64,000 nucleotides of DNA from Balanoglossus misakiensis (GCA_040954595.2 CM082592.2:3488735-3552734); one strand, 5' to 3'. Positions 39,618-62,328 are shown, counted from the first letter of the stretch. A program made the numbers and translations. Notes: a model not told the origin generated them from the letters alone.

Positions 39618-40912
39618 AAATCAAATGACAAATGCATGTAAGCCTCATTTCAAATAAACTGCTCACAGAATTACAAGGAAATGTGATTTTTCAAACCATC
39701 AGCAATGACATTGGGTTTAAGTCTGACCCCCTCCCCCCCCCCCCCCCCAATTCAATAAAGTATTCAAATTGTCTCAGTTCCATAATAGTGTGCGAGTTTT
39801 GTTTTGAAGTAGTCAGGTGGAATGATCATCTTCTGGATAATACAGGTTCTGGATTACAAAGGTGTTACATACAAGTTGATCTGCGAACAACACTGGACTT
39901 TATGGTTACATATCAGAGAGACGGAACAAAACTGAAGATTTAGATATCTGATAAATAAGAAAATGACAGAGAGACAAAGTACCAATACATGTGTACATCA
40001 AAACTACTACAGTACGACAAAGCCTGATTGGCTAAAACAAAACATCAATATGATAGACACCGTCTGATTGGCCATTTACACTAATACTGATAGTACATAC
40101 ACATACATTACTTGAGTAAATCACCAAATAAACAAACAAAAATGTACTGCCTCTTTTAATTGATCGTGATTTGTCTATGTAAATCTGCATTTTTTCTTTC
40201 AGCCAAAAGATTACAAAATGAGAGAGCTTAGGGGACGGTTGCAGGGAATTTTGACATTTTACAAAATTTGTTCTGCACATGAATAACTTTGTATACCCCC
40301 GGGGCATGTGATCCACAAGACAAATCGTTTGTTTACCACCATAGCTATTCTTTGTCTTGGTGAAGTTAAGCGAGGCTGATTTTCACATATGTGCTAGCTT
40401 ATGGTTTGGTTATTCTTTGCATGATTTCTTTTCACAAAAAATGGACAAATATAGTGGCAGCAGTTTGGAATCATGGGAACAAACACCAAGCTTTCTATGG
40501 AGGTCACACGGGGACCATAAGACGGTTCTGAAATGAAATACTGGCGTAAATTATTTAGTGTGAACGGTTTAGGTGGTCCTGAAACATCTCAGACAAGTAA
40601 GGCGTCATGCAAACACTAAAAAGTACCAGTTGGGATATTTAGTTAACCTGCCAATTGATAAATCAATAATACAATAAACGTTAATAGAATACTTTATGAT
40701 AAATAATGTGAAGATTTACGAATTAAATATGAGACAAAGGTTCCATTGGTAAGATGTGTCAGTAGTAGGGAATTTCCAGACACAGTTCAATCTCATTTAG
40801 GGCTTGAATACAACCCATTTTCACAGGTCTGGTCTTCTATATATCAATGCATCAAAATCTCATATGGCCAGTCTGGGAAGTCCATGAGCCAGCTTGGCCC
40901 CCAATTATATTA

Positions 40913-41091
40913 CAGTAAAACCTGTCTAAACTGAATCCTGTCTAATCTGGAAAACTGTCTATAATGAACAAATGTTCCTGTCCCTTTGACATAGAACAAC
41001 ATGTTAAAAGAACCTCTACAAAATGGAAATGTCTATAAACTGAACAATTTCTTCAGTCCCTTTTGGTGTTCAGTTCTGACAGATTTTACTG
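40913..41091. mobile_element. ~180-bp pogo/Tigger-like MITE
   Basis: TA|CAGTAAAACCTGTCTAAACTGAA...TTCAGTTCTGACAGATTTTACTG|TA. Confidence 0.75.
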
Positions 41092-41801
41092 TATAACCCA
41101 TGACACAGATATTCCCCTCAATGACTTCTACAGTGCTGTTATATCTAGCCATGCAGTACTGGTAGATAAAACTGCTTGTACTTATTTTCAGGTAATATCA
41201 GTTTCATCATTATCCAACGCGAACCAAATACTTTACCTTAATTCATTGCAAGTGATAGTACATGCATTTCACTGACTCTAAAATTCATTCACAAAATATC
41301 AGATATTTACAATTGCCCATTATTTCCCCAGAGTCTGGTCAACATTCAATGAAACATTTCAATCTGCCTTGAAATAGGTCACCTTCATCCCGTAAATACC
41401 AGTATCAACCTGAGTCTTGCTGAGAAAATCTTCACGGTCTTCAATGTGCAAACACTCCTCTTCTGTTCTATACAGTTCCCTGAAATCTGTCAATTATTCT
41501 GAGGCGTCCACAATAAATTACTAATAATTCAGCGTTTCTCTCCCATGTCTGATTCCAATTCTACATCTGCATAAGGCGTATAACACACAAACTGTAATTC
41601 TTCTACGGACCGCGATATCAGAATATGAATCCAAGGCCGACTTTGCTGATCCTGTGGGCTTTTACTCCAGATATCATCTTCTTCTGACACATAAGTAGTT
41701 CTTGAGAATCTTCAGTAAAAAGTCAATTGAATACATAATCCTACGATGAGCTACATGTTCTAGAACGTTCCTTCTCTGCAAATACGTCAGACGTCTATTT
41801 T

Positions 41802-50305
<8,504 letters not shown>

Positions 50306-50419
50306 GTCTTACCACCTTATTTTCTTCAAACAGATTCAAAATGTGGCGTAAAAGCACCGAAACCACTCAAGATTCCTACAGCCCAAATTCAGCCATTCTC
50401 TAGATTGACCCGGCTTTTT

Positions 50420-50520
50420 ACATATTCAAAATGGCGATAGCACGTGGTATACGACGACCAATCAGACGAGATGATAAAAAATGCCGGGATATTCCCTCTG
50501 TAATGTCATGAATATATTTA
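50420..50520 (-). promoter_or_regulatory. S6K core promoter
   Basis: YY1-type CGCCATTTT (minus strand, 50428-50436), E-box CACGTG 50441-50446 and CCAAT near 50458, about 125-160 bp upstream of the ATG. Confidence 0.55.
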
Positions 50521-51042
50521 ATGTTAGAATATGGTACTTTCCGAGCAATAAACTAAAAAATGTACGATAAAAATTCAAAAATTCAACTGACAGAGTGTTG
50601 TGTTGTCATTACCACTTTACAACCAAACCAGCGTGCATACCCGTATCTATGGCAGCACAGGGGCGGCGCTGGTAACCTCGTTAGCCTAAGGTCAACCCGC
50701 GGTCACTGCACGTACTTGGCGGTGACCGCAGGGTGACCTCAGAGCTTCCCGCGCTCGCGACGGTCAGAAGACGAGTCAGTGGATTGACGCAGAGTGCAAA
50801 GCCTGGACGGGTTACTCCACAACTTGTGAAGCCAGCTATCAATGTAAATTTATAATAAAAGCATTTAGGCCTAGGCTAATACGTTGCCTTTTTTCTGTTT
50901 GGAAAAAGAAATTCACATCTTTTGGGATGTTTGCTGCAGTGTCATTGAGTTTGTGGACGGCCCCGACAAAACTACACCTTTTATGGTCTTCATCACTGTG
51001 TTTTCTCAAGTAACGATGTACCGAGGATATCGGACCATATAA

Positions 51043-52128
51043 GGGACTGTCCAGAATTTACTTCCAGGGTGGGGCTGGAGGATTTCTTATTTTCCTGGTG
51101 ATTTTTTTCCATGGCCCCCCCTTGTAAATTGTGGAGGAAATCTGTGGGCCCCCGTAAATTTCCTGTTTTTTTTCCATGACCCCCCCCCCCCCAATATATA
51201 CATGCATGCTTACCGGTACAGACTACGACACATACAGTCTGATAAGGCTGCATTTACAAACACCTCTGGAAGGGGGGGGAGAATTTTTTTTACCGTTAAT
51301 TTTCACATGCCCCCCGTACACAACCCGAAATATTTTCAAATCCCCCCCTTCCGAACAGCTTAAAATTTTGAAATCCCACCCCCCATTTTCTTTCACACAG
51401 CAAAACACATCACCTATCTATCTTGTAAAAAAAAAGAAAAACAGCGCTCCCATGAAAAGAATTTGAAACTGATGTTTTTCCTCATCAGTGGATATTAAAA
51501 CTGAACATTGTTTATATTTGTTAAGTATTTGTATTCTGTGTTGGCAGATATTGTAAACCGAGAAGTGAAGGGGGTGGGTTTGGGAGGGGGTGTCCCCCTC
51601 CCCTGTAAGAAAATTTTATAAAATACAGAGCTCAAAGCTGCATTTTAATGAACCCAAAAGCAAATTAACTTTTTATATACATATATGAATGATTGATGAG
51701 AAAATTAACGAATTCTAGTCTGGACTTGAATTGAGCTCGTCAACAGTAACAACACTGACTGTTCACTGTACATTTATGGTCTGTGCTGGCAGGCCAAATA
51801 CTGGGCATTTTATTATGCTTCACAGAGTAGAACAAGAAACTGTAGTAGATATACAAAATAACCCACCGTAAAATTTACCGGAAATTCAAGCTTATGAAGA
51901 TTTAATACACTTGTGGAGTTCATCTGTCATCCAGGTAGCCATGGTGGTTTGTTTCTTATAAATCAGTACTTCTGGGCAAATATTGAGTTTGTGAGAGTTT
52001 TTTACATGGCCCCCCCTAAAGGATTGTGATTTTTATGTCTGACCCCCCCTAATTTTTCTTGGGGAAAATGGGTGGCCCCCCCTGAAAATCCTCCAGCCCC
52101 CCCCTGGAAGTAAATTCTGGACAGTCCC
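51043..52128. mobile_element. ~1.1-kb non-autonomous PIF/Harbinger-like element
   Basis: TAA|GGGACTGTCCAGAATTTACTTCCAGG...CCTGGAAGTAAATTCTGGACAGTCCC|TAA; long TIRs and a 3-bp TAA duplication. Confidence 0.8.
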
Positions 52129-52409
52129 TAAATGTATGTTTCAATTGTCAAATCAATTGCATTTGTGACGGTCCTTTATCATGTTTATTACCAATCTGAT
52201 TAAAATCTGATTTTAATCAGATTGGTTTTATTACTAATCAGATTCCCAAGACAATTCAATTTAGTTGACATTGATAGGCCTATCAATAGTTTAGACCCTT
52301 TTAGCCAGTTTAGGCCTACTAATTATTAAGGAAATTTGTTTAATATTTAAATCTTGTATTTTTGATTCGTTTTTGTTCCGATGCCTTCACTTTATCTTGA
52401 TATTTTTAT

Positions 52410-52682
52410 TGTATATACAAAATAAACCACGAGTAAAAATTACCCGAAATTCCAGCTTATGAAGATTTAATACACTTGTGGAGTTCATCTGTCATCCAGG
52501 TAGCCATGGTGATTTGTTTCTTATAAATCAGTACTTCTGGGCAAATATTGAGTTTGTGAGGTTTTTTTCCATGGTCCCCCATAAGGATTGTGATTTTTTT
52601 GTCTGGTCCCCCCTAATTTCTTTGGGGGAAATGGGTGGTCCCCTTGAAAATCCTCCGCCGGAAGTAAATTCTGAACAGTCCC
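52410..52682. mobile_element. Duplicated right end of the Harbinger-like element
   Basis: Diverged copy of about 51848-52128, ending GAAGTAAATTCTGAACAGTCCC|TTA. Confidence 0.8.
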
Positions 52683-53056
52683 TTATGGGTGTTGTAGCGC
52701 CGCCTACGGTGGACACGGGCATCATGTTGAAAGGCGGGTGTTATGCAATAAACAACAACGAGGACCTGTGATAAAACGTGTCAATCAAGCGTTCAGGCGA
52801 CCACTATTCGGATTTTGGCGTACTCATGCTGTTTGTGGAAGAAAATTGAAGTATTACAAGGATATATCACGTATCTATACTCTGGAAGAAAAACTAAACG
52901 GGAGTTCATCCGCGACTCCACAGCTGGTCATCAAAGAAACAGTACACGTTGGATTTGAGATCGTGTTTTTCATTCATTCAACTGTGTGACTACTAGTATA
53001 CCATTAACACTTCCGTCTTTAGCGACACGTTGGCAACAGTGTAGTGCAGTCAGGTG

Positions 53057-53093
53057 ATGGCAAGTTTCCAGGGTGTTTCTCGTGATGATATAG
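53057..53093 (+). CDS. Candidate first coding exon of an unidentified downstream gene (MASFQGVSRDDI, phase 1)
   Basis: Strong Kozak GTGATGG, open to a consensus donor AG|GTGAGT, within a CpG-rich region (about 52690-53520). No downstream exon identified with confidence. Confidence 0.4.
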
Positions 53094-54195
53094 GTGAGTA
53101 CAGTAACATGGCAACCAGTCAATACTTCTGATGCTCACGCTCGCACATCTCTCAGACTCAGACTCAGACTCTCGTACAAAATATAAAGTCAGCCATGTCT
53201 GATATCGATGTTTGCAGTCACCCACTCACGTGATGATACGAATGGATGTGGCTACTAGTGTTGGATATGTGTGTGTAATTATTGGAACACGGGATTGTCC
53301 TGCCTCCGTCCATCTCTGATCGGGTAAATTATTGTATCATGGCCAGTGGATATCTCTTGTACGTCGAACGAACATTATGTTTCCAATCCAAGTGTACATC
53401 ATAGTGTGTATTTTTCCTGTGGGGAAGTGACCTCATATGCACGTTCAGTTTTCGTACACGGTCGTTTAGGGTTAGGTACACTGTCGTTCTCTGACTGCGG
53501 CGCGACCTGTGCCCTCTCAGGGTTAAAGTATATCGGCCAACCACAGGGGGCACAGAAATATTAAATTAACATGGTTGTATATTTGTTGTTGTAGGATAAT
53601 AAAATTGACAATTTCTTAGCCTTGTAAATATTCAGAAAACACAGGGTTGCACCCCCATCTTGGTATGAAGGGTTAAGAGAGGCCATTGTATGTATTCATG
53701 AATTTTAAATTAATGTCATTAACATTTCAGCACATTGCACTGAATGAGGACAAATTGTTTGCTGCAGCAAGCACTTTACATACATGTAGTTCACAGTGCA
53801 TACATAACAGACTTATTGTCTGCATTCATACAATTTACTAAAAGGAACTTTCTTTTCAAAGAGTGATTATATGATACAATGGACAACTCTTTAGTTTATG
53901 CACTGTGAAACTGAAAGTTTTGAACATGCATATTAGAATGCTTTGTTATTAAAAGTTGAGAGCAGCCACCAGCAAGTCAAAACAGCTACAAAATGAGATT
54001 ATTTTGAAATTGCAGTAAAAAATATGTTGTACATTTATACTTTTATTATCCTTTATATAGAAGACGAGGCCACACAATTAATGCTTTGTTTATATTCAGT
54101 TCAATTCAGTGATTATGGCTTTGATTGTGAGGAAATGTGGGTCCCACCGCAAAGCATAATGGGTAATTTCCTTAAAGATGGCTGTCCACAAGAAA

Positions 54196-54212
54196 AGCGC
54201 CACCTAGTGGCA
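54196..54212 (-). promoter_or_regulatory. CTCF-like motif
   Basis: TGCCACTAGGTGGCGCT on the minus strand matches the CTCF core consensus. Confidence 0.5.
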
Positions 54213-55870
54213 GGAAATGTTGGTTCAGGTGACTACAGCAGTGGTGTTCCCCATTGTATCTTAACATTTCTCATGTTTTATTGGCCTTGTTCATTTATAG
54301 TGACTTGTACCCAATTTTATTTCACAACGCAAATTATGATTCCACAGAAATACAACATCACTTGATGTTGTTGTGGTTAGTTGGGTTTTTGGAAATCATC
54401 ACGATCATATGCATGTGTAAAAATCATTTTATCAGCCTGGAAAATTATGGTAAATTTTTCTGTATAGTTTGAGAAGTTAAGATACAAAAACGTGCTACCA
54501 TAAGCCATTTGCAGTGAGATTTTTATCTACTGATTTTCCATATGATGAATTTCACAGCTTGCCTCACAGACAGTTGTATTTGGTGACTGGAGTATAATAC
54601 AAAAGTACTTAAAGATGAGCAGAGCACAGGAAGGGATCATATCACACATCCAACTGTCTTGCTGCTACTGTCTTTGGTAGATTTGGGCCTTCTTTGTCCT
54701 ACTGCATATGACCTTTACATTGGCACAGGCAGAAGTTGCATTCTAGGGCGTAATCAACTTAATGCGTTTTGAATCATTATAATCATCATGTATAAATGTT
54801 TAAATGTAACAAAGTTGTATGTGATGATCACTATCCATTGTTTTGATAAGATCGCTTGTAGAGAAATGAAGTCGCTATCTTTTTACATTACTCTGATAAA
54901 ATTTGTTGTGTTCGTAAATACATTTGTACTTGTTATCACGCTTTCTGAAAAGTGCTTTGCACACAATCATACAGAATATGGCATTTACAATGTGATTTAT
55001 TTTATGGGATGTACTAGAAATTATCGCGTGTATAAGTACCAACTATGATCGCATGTTGTGTACAACCTTCATTGAAGTGTTGCGTGTCATCAAATATTTA
55101 TGCAGGTTGACGTTACGAGTGCAGCCATAAGTGAGCAAAACAACATGGAATGAACATCTCAGCAGATAAAAACAACCAAACCAATATTTACAGTCGGTGA
55201 CTGAACGTCCCTTGAGAGCTCTGAACCAGCAAACTGCTTCAGCTATAACGATCACAAGCAGAATTGCACTTGCAGTCAAAACACTGGCTGTGAATGTTAA
55301 TTGTTTTGCACTGTCCAGTCCTGTAATGTACAGCGGAGGCTAATATGTTTTTACATATGAATAATCCACGTCACTCATTGGCTTAGTTTACTACTACTAC
55401 AGGGATACATGCCGATTAGTTCGCTAAATGACAAGATCTCCTCTGTAAAATTTTACCAAAATATCTTTGGCTAGTGGATTTTCTCTATTCTGCTGTTACT
55501 GTATTTTATATTCATGGTTGAGTCTACAAGAATTCAAATGTTATTTACTAAACTTAATCAGGAGCCCCTCCATGTGTAGGCCACCACCCCTGTACGGTTT
55601 AGTTGTGGTCTGTCTCACTCTCCATAGATGTCCTTGTACATGTGCACAGTGGCTACGAAAAAGTCTGGTATGCGTGTCACCATTGGATAGAACTGTACTA
55701 TTTCTCTGCCAATAGTCGTCTGCCTTGTCTGTTTTCCTGTCCATTTTGGAAGTGGATCACTCCAGATGTAAATCCTGTGGTTTCTCCGGCCAGTTTGGGC
55801 ATTACTTTTTGGACAGGATGGCGTTCAACTCCATTGGCGTAGATCAAGGTGAATGTTCGACTGTTTGCAA

Positions 55871-55906
55871 ACACACACACACACACACACACACTCTCTC
55901 TCTCTC
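55871..55906. repeat. (CA)n(CT)n microsatellite
   Basis: Direct repeats. Confidence 0.9.
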
Positions 55907-58900
55907 CAAAGCACATCTCATTTGAATACACACCACTCCATGGCATGATTCAGTGAGTTGGGATGAATCCTCCATTGCTCAATTCTGATGGACAGATTTG
56001 TCCTGGTTTACTGCCTGGGTTCAAATTTGTAACTCGCACATGGGAGAAGAGAGCTAAACAACCTATTCTGTCATCACTGCCATAAAAAAACTAAACATGG
56101 TTGTATGGCACTATGCCCCTCATTGTCCATTAATGCATTATCTTGTCAGTGGACGTGGTATATGACTGATTCAGGGTTCATGGTCACAAATTTGAACGTA
56201 TACTACAGTATAGTGTCAAGTTGATACAAAATACATCTGATATTTTCCTTTTAAACCAGGCTCACCTCACTCGGTAATTAATATTTGGTACACTCTCATA
56301 CTTCTATTGACTAGAATTTTGAATCATGAGTATAGTATTACTTACAGTAGTGGGGTTAGGTCGGGTAAGGGTTAAGTTTAGAATTTGTGTTGTGTCTTTG
56401 CTATCAGACAGTACGTCAACAAGTTTATCTGGTGAACTTGTTTTACAAGAACCTGGATTTAGTGTATAGTCGAGCCTGTTTACTATCCCTTCGGCAGAAT
56501 GAAGAGGTTTGTAGAAATGATGCAATATCCAGTTTGAATCATAGGTGTGGTTTATGGCATCCATTTGTATACAAGTCAAAGCAGCCCTGGTTTACTTTGA
56601 CCAGACTTTGTTGAAATGTGGTCGGGGTGACCTTCAACCCTGGAAATGGTTAGTGAAGGGTCACTGGCTTGAATTTATGGCTATCCTATGCAACACTGAA
56701 TATATTCACTGGAGCTCAAGGAATACACACATGGAACAGAATCTTTCTGTCAGAACTATAAATTCTGACAAATTGATTACTGAGCTTGTACAGATAACTT
56801 TTTTTTCTCAAACTATAACGTATCTGTATGACAGCATGATCGTTTCAACGTATAGTTTTAACTGTACAGTCAAGCCTTGCTGTGTCCATTCAGTTTAGCC
56901 ACTCTGTAAATGTGGCATCAGAAGTTATATAACAGCTTATACCTAACTGTAGGCTTTTGTGTACATGTAGTTTGCATGTCGCACAATAGACCACAACGAA
57001 AACCCGGCTAATTACCAGCATACTAGCAAGTTGGATGAGTGCATGCTTGATCCATAGACCCTAGACTTTGAACTATCTTTGTGTGAACATGCTATCTGTG
57101 GTATCATTCACACTATAAAAAACATGCCTAAACAAACTTATCTGGTGATAAAATGACCAATGTAATTATCAAATTTGTTTTGTGGTATAATCATAATTTT
57201 ATTTCAATACATCCTTTTAAAATTTATCACAAGATTGTCACACAAGCCAATTTTCATTTCTTGATATTTAGGTCTGGACAAAAGTGTGCATACATGAAAT
57301 GATGCATATGTACACATGGACATACATTTAAATACATGTGCATGTATGTATGTATGTACGTAAAAAGTAAAGAAAACTTAAGTGTGAAATGAGTAAACAA
57401 GAAAACAATAAAATAAAACTGACAAAATGGCAAAGTATACAAACACTGATAAATGACGACATATATATCATGGCAGAGTAATTGTTAGTTCTTTGCAATC
57501 ACTCCTCTTTTTATTATGTCAAGGTAAATTGACCTGTGAATAAACATATCATAAACACAGACAGATACAGCGATGGTATTGCCTGCATCTGTCCTTTTTA
57601 ACCAATTCAGATTTTAACGTGGCAGGGAAATTTCTTTGGAATCTGATAACTTATGATGACTGCCTGTGTTTGTCTGTTGTGTGCTTTCAACTGAGTGTCT
57701 CACAATCTGAAGCTGGCTAGCACCGTATTAGATTTCCAAGTTTACCGTGATACATGTATGTAACGTTTGCTGTGATTGGTCTGTATAAATTTTAATGGTG
57801 AACTAATACCGACAATTTTGCGCACATGAGTTGGTTAAGGATTGGTACTTGAAATGTGGCTGGAGAATCCCATTGACCCCAAAACTGTCCTACACTCATC
57901 CCAAGGGCAACCATGAGTACTTTGCTGGTATCTATATCACTATCAGTATATATGTCTGACAAGGTGTGTCTTAGGAAGTGGTTTGTTATTGGTCAATTCA
58001 GGAAGGCGTTTTATGGGTGGTTTTGAAAAGTGGGCTCTTCCATTTTTTTTGCAGTTTTCTCCTAAAGTATTGTCTCCCAGATTTTTATTTTTTCAAAACA
58101 ACATCCGGCATGAGTTATAAGGTAGCAAGTGCAAGTTTTGTTATCAAACCAATAGAATTCTAAATGGTGTTTGTCAGTCTGGGTCAACGCCCCTCATCTT
58201 TGAATGGTACAACCCCTCGAAACTTGTAGTCTTGTCCTCCCAGAATGCATCGATTCACAGCTGTGGTTCGGGGCCAGGCGATGCATACATGCATAACAAA
58301 TTTGTATGCGTCATTATGATCAGGGCTTCCGTCTAGTTAAAAGCTGAATCTATGAATACAGTTGGTGAAAAACAAGATAATGCGCCCGTTGGAAGTAGCC
58401 AAGGTATTTCACCGTTTACATGTTTTTATTTGACAGATTGTTTTGAGATGTTGCTGGATCTTGTGATCGGCGATGTTGATCTTTATTCAGGACGCCCGAC
58501 CGTTTAAAGACCAGAGTATGAGTGCACTGGTTTTAATTTGAAAAGTGAATTTGAGGTCATTGTCTGATACAGTTGGCTTTTTCAGTACGCATCAGACATC
58601 AACAAATCTATCAGTGGTCTTTGTGATTCGATTGTACGTAGACTGAATGTGTTTTCTTGGTTTAATTCTTATGTGAATTAAGCCATGTCTCGAAACTTGC
58701 GTGAATCATTAACAGTTAGCATTTAACTGTTTTGGCAGTACCGGTAATTGTTTTGGATTGTTAGAAAGATTGGTCTATTTGTACAAAGGGATAGAAATAC
58801 AGTGGGGGCAGATTGAAATCACGTGAGATTGGATTGTGTCACAAGTCACACAGTAATGTAAATAGAAATCTTAATGTCATTTGCGATTATTTTATGAGAT

Positions 58901-60066
58901 TGTTGCCATTTTTGTTGACAAGTCGTTCAACTTTGCGACATTCCTCCATTGTTTACATCAGACTGAAATGGATCAGAGGGCGGTGGTATCGGCTCTCGTT
59001 GAGGTCATTCCTTGCTCCTGCAAAGTAATAACGCTGTCCGAGAATGTTAGGGTTTGTGTCAGTGTTGAATAATCAAAATTATCATGATCTTTGAACGGGG
59101 TCTTACGTTTAACAAAGTTAATCTTTCATTGAAATGAAAGCAGATAGGACTTCCCCCTCGAATGTGACAGAGCTGTGTACATGTGGTTCATATTACGTAG
59201 GTGAGGTCATGTTGACCCAGTGTGCAGGTGAAGTGTTTTGGTCAACTAAAGATAGTGGACACTGTGTTGGTATGGGGTAGGGTTTAAGTCTGGCCTAAAA
59301 TATTTGTGCATGTGTAAAATTGTCATGTGGATTGGTTAGGCGTTTCTTGATTCAGTTGAAGTTGACTTAATAGTTGTAGCAAAGGCTGACTTCAAATGGC
59401 CACGTGATACTGCAGAATGTGAGCTTTTTACCATACACGTAAAGAATCACGTGTGATTGTACGTGTGTTTTTGTGTTTGACGTGTGGTGACGAGTCAGTG
59501 CAGTGTAATTATATCCAACATGTTTGCAGTGGTTATAAAAATAGAACAAACATGATTGATTGAAATTATTTTGTCGTATAATGAAATATAATAATAACAA
59601 ATACTTGTTTGTACATGAATATGAATATCATATATTCTAGAAATGATGTGAAATCAAAATGTCATTATGGGTACATACTCTGGTCAAGGTCGATGGTTTT
59701 GTTTTGTTTTGGCGACTTTTAAAGTGGGTCATCTCACAGCAGTATTTACGATCCAAATGCAACCGTTGAGATTCCAGACAAATTCAGACGCAAACATATT
59801 GTGGTACATGACAAGAAGTTTGTTGACGTCAGATGTGCAACCTTTGACACCAGATTTTCTTTGTAAACAGTCCCGCGAGCAGACATTTCATGTCAGTGTA
59901 TAGGTTGTTGTACTGTCTATAAAAGAGGTAAATGTACTGACTTAAAGGGCTTCCCATCAAACAAACAAAACAGGATATGAAGTACATAATTTGAAAGACA
60001 TTGTGATATATTTTGGAAAATTTACACCATATAGGGACCCAAAGTTGTTGGAAACCAGTTTTATAT

Positions 60067-62328
60067 TTAGGGTTTCGAGACCAGAGGGGTCTCGAAACCC
60101 TCTTGAAATCGAGTTGTTTTTTATTATTAGGGTTTCGAGACCAGAGGGGTCTCGAAACCCTCTTGAAATCGTGTTGTTTTTTATTATTATTATTCTTCTT
60201 CCCACTTTTAAAAACAGCCGCTATTCAAAGACCGTTGCACCCAATGACTTGAAATTTGGCTCATAGGTAAAACTCAAAGCAAGTAATTTTTTGATCATGT
60301 CACTATGGCAACAGGTCACATGACCTGGCAGCCATCTTGGATTTAAACTTTTAAATTGGTCTAATTTGCATAAAAAATGAAGAATCCAAATTCTGTTCAG
60401 AAACTTTGTGGACCATATGGCCAGGGTCCTATATGCCAAATTTCAATGTCTAAGTCCTTACCGATTTTGAGGAGATGATTTTTAAAGCATTATTTTTCAT
60501 ATTTTCCATGACCATTGGACCCAGCCATTGGCCTATACTTTCCATGGTTAAGCAATGGCCCCCTAGGATTTTAGATTTATGCCCAATATCTCAACATCCG
60601 CTGGGCTGATCAGCTTCAAATTTTGTGTGCAGCTAGCCTACCTTCCGACAATCAGTTCCAACTGGAAAAAATAATATGGAAAATCGACCGATTTTTTTAT
60701 ATTAATTTTTTTATGAAATCTATACCTATACTTATTCCACTATACTTAAGCTATGGCCACATAGTTTTGTAGAATTCTGGTCGGTGCAATAGTCTGCAGA
60801 ATAGGACCAAAATAAGAAGCCAAATTTAAGGCTCACCTGTGACACCTGCTCAACTCATTAATTATGTGCATACCTAATTCCAGGCAAACCAATAGGGCTA
60901 CAGGTCTGGTTTTTGTCGGACATGGACCAGTATGGGGTCAAATTTTTTCCCCAAATTTTGGGTGACCTTGGGTGACCTTTGACCTACTTTCGCATATCTC
61001 AGCATCCAGAGCAGGTACAGCTCAGGTGTTTGGGTGGATGGGACCAAAATAAGAAGCCAAATTTAAGGCTCACCTGTGACACCTGCTCAACTCATTAATT
61101 ATGTGCATACCTAATTCCAGGCAAACCAATAGGGCTACAGGTCTGGTTTTTGTCGGACATGGACCAGTATGGGGTCAAATTTTTTCCCCAAATTTTGGGT
61201 GACCTTGGGTGACCTTTGACCTACTTTCGCATATCTCAGCATCCAGAGCAGGTACAGCTCAGGTGTTTGGGTGGATGGGACCAAAGTAAGAAGCCAAATA
61301 TAAGGCTCACCTGTGACACCTGCTCAACTCATTAACTATGTGCATACCTAATGCCAGGCAAACCAATAGGGCTACAGGTCTGGTTTTTGTCGGACATGGA
61401 CCAGTTTGGGGTCAAATTTTTTCCCCAAATTTTGGGTGACCTTGGGTGACCTTTGACCTACTTTCGCATATGTCAGCATCCAGAGCAGATACAGCTTAGG
61501 TGTTTGGGTGGATGGACCAAAATAAGAAGCCAAATTTAAGGCTCACCTGTGACACCTGCTTAACTCATTAACTATGTGCATACCTAATTCCAGGCAAACC
61601 AATAGGGCTACAGGTCTGGTTTTTGTCGGACATGGACCAGTATGGGGTCAAATTTTCCCCCAAAATTTTGGGTGACATTGGGTGACCTTTGACCTACTTT
61701 CGCATACCTCAGCATCCAGAGCAGGTACAGCTTAGGTGTTTGGGTGGATGGGACCAAAATAAGAAGCCAAATTTAAGGCTCACCTGTGACACCTGCTTAA
61801 CTCATTAACTATGTGCATACCTAATTCCAGGCAAACCAATAGGGCTACAGGTCTGGTTTTTGTCAGACATGGACCAGTATGGGGACAATTTTTTTCCCCA
61901 ACTTTGGATGTCCTTGGGTGACCTTTGACCTACTTTCACATATCTCGGCATCCAGAGCAGGTACAGCTTAGGTGTTTGGGTGGACGGGACCAAAATAAGA
62001 ATCCAAATTTTAGAGTCACCTGTGACACCTGCCTAACTCATTAATTATGTGCATACCTAATTCCAGGCAAACCAGTAGGGCTACAGGTCTGGTTTTTGTT
62101 TGACATGGACCAGTATAGCATAAACATTTTCTGCTCATATTAAGCGTGACCTCACGTGACCTTTGACCTACTTTTCCACATCTCAGCATCCACAGCACAT
62201 ACACCCTTGGCATTTGGAGTGATAGAACAACTAATGCAGTAATTAAATATGCACAAATCTATCTCCAGGCGAACCAATAGGGCTAGTAGTGTCTCGAAAC
62301 CCGCTTATTGCTGTTCACAGCTATATTT
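60067..62328 (+). mobile_element. Non-autonomous Helentron-like (HINE/DINE-1-type) element, copy 1, with six ~237-bp internal tandem repeats
   Basis: 5' hairpin AGGGTTTCGAGACC-n5-GGTCTCGAAACCCT (duplicated at a 60-bp period), (TTA)n microsatellite, internal repeats starting 60805/61042/61279/61515/61752/61988, 3' subterminal GTCTCGAAACCC, short stem-loop GCTGTTCACAGC and a T-rich end. Confidence 0.75.
60805..62225. repeat. ~237-bp satellite-like array (6 units)
   Basis: GACCAAAATAAGAAGCCAAATTTAAGGCTCACCTGTGACACC repeated at 236-237-bp spacing. Confidence 0.95.

Noticed and set aside
54061-54161. Possible phase-1 second exon (EDEATQLMLC...) for the orphan 53057 exon
   Set aside because: Weak splice sites, unremarkable peptide and no homology support.
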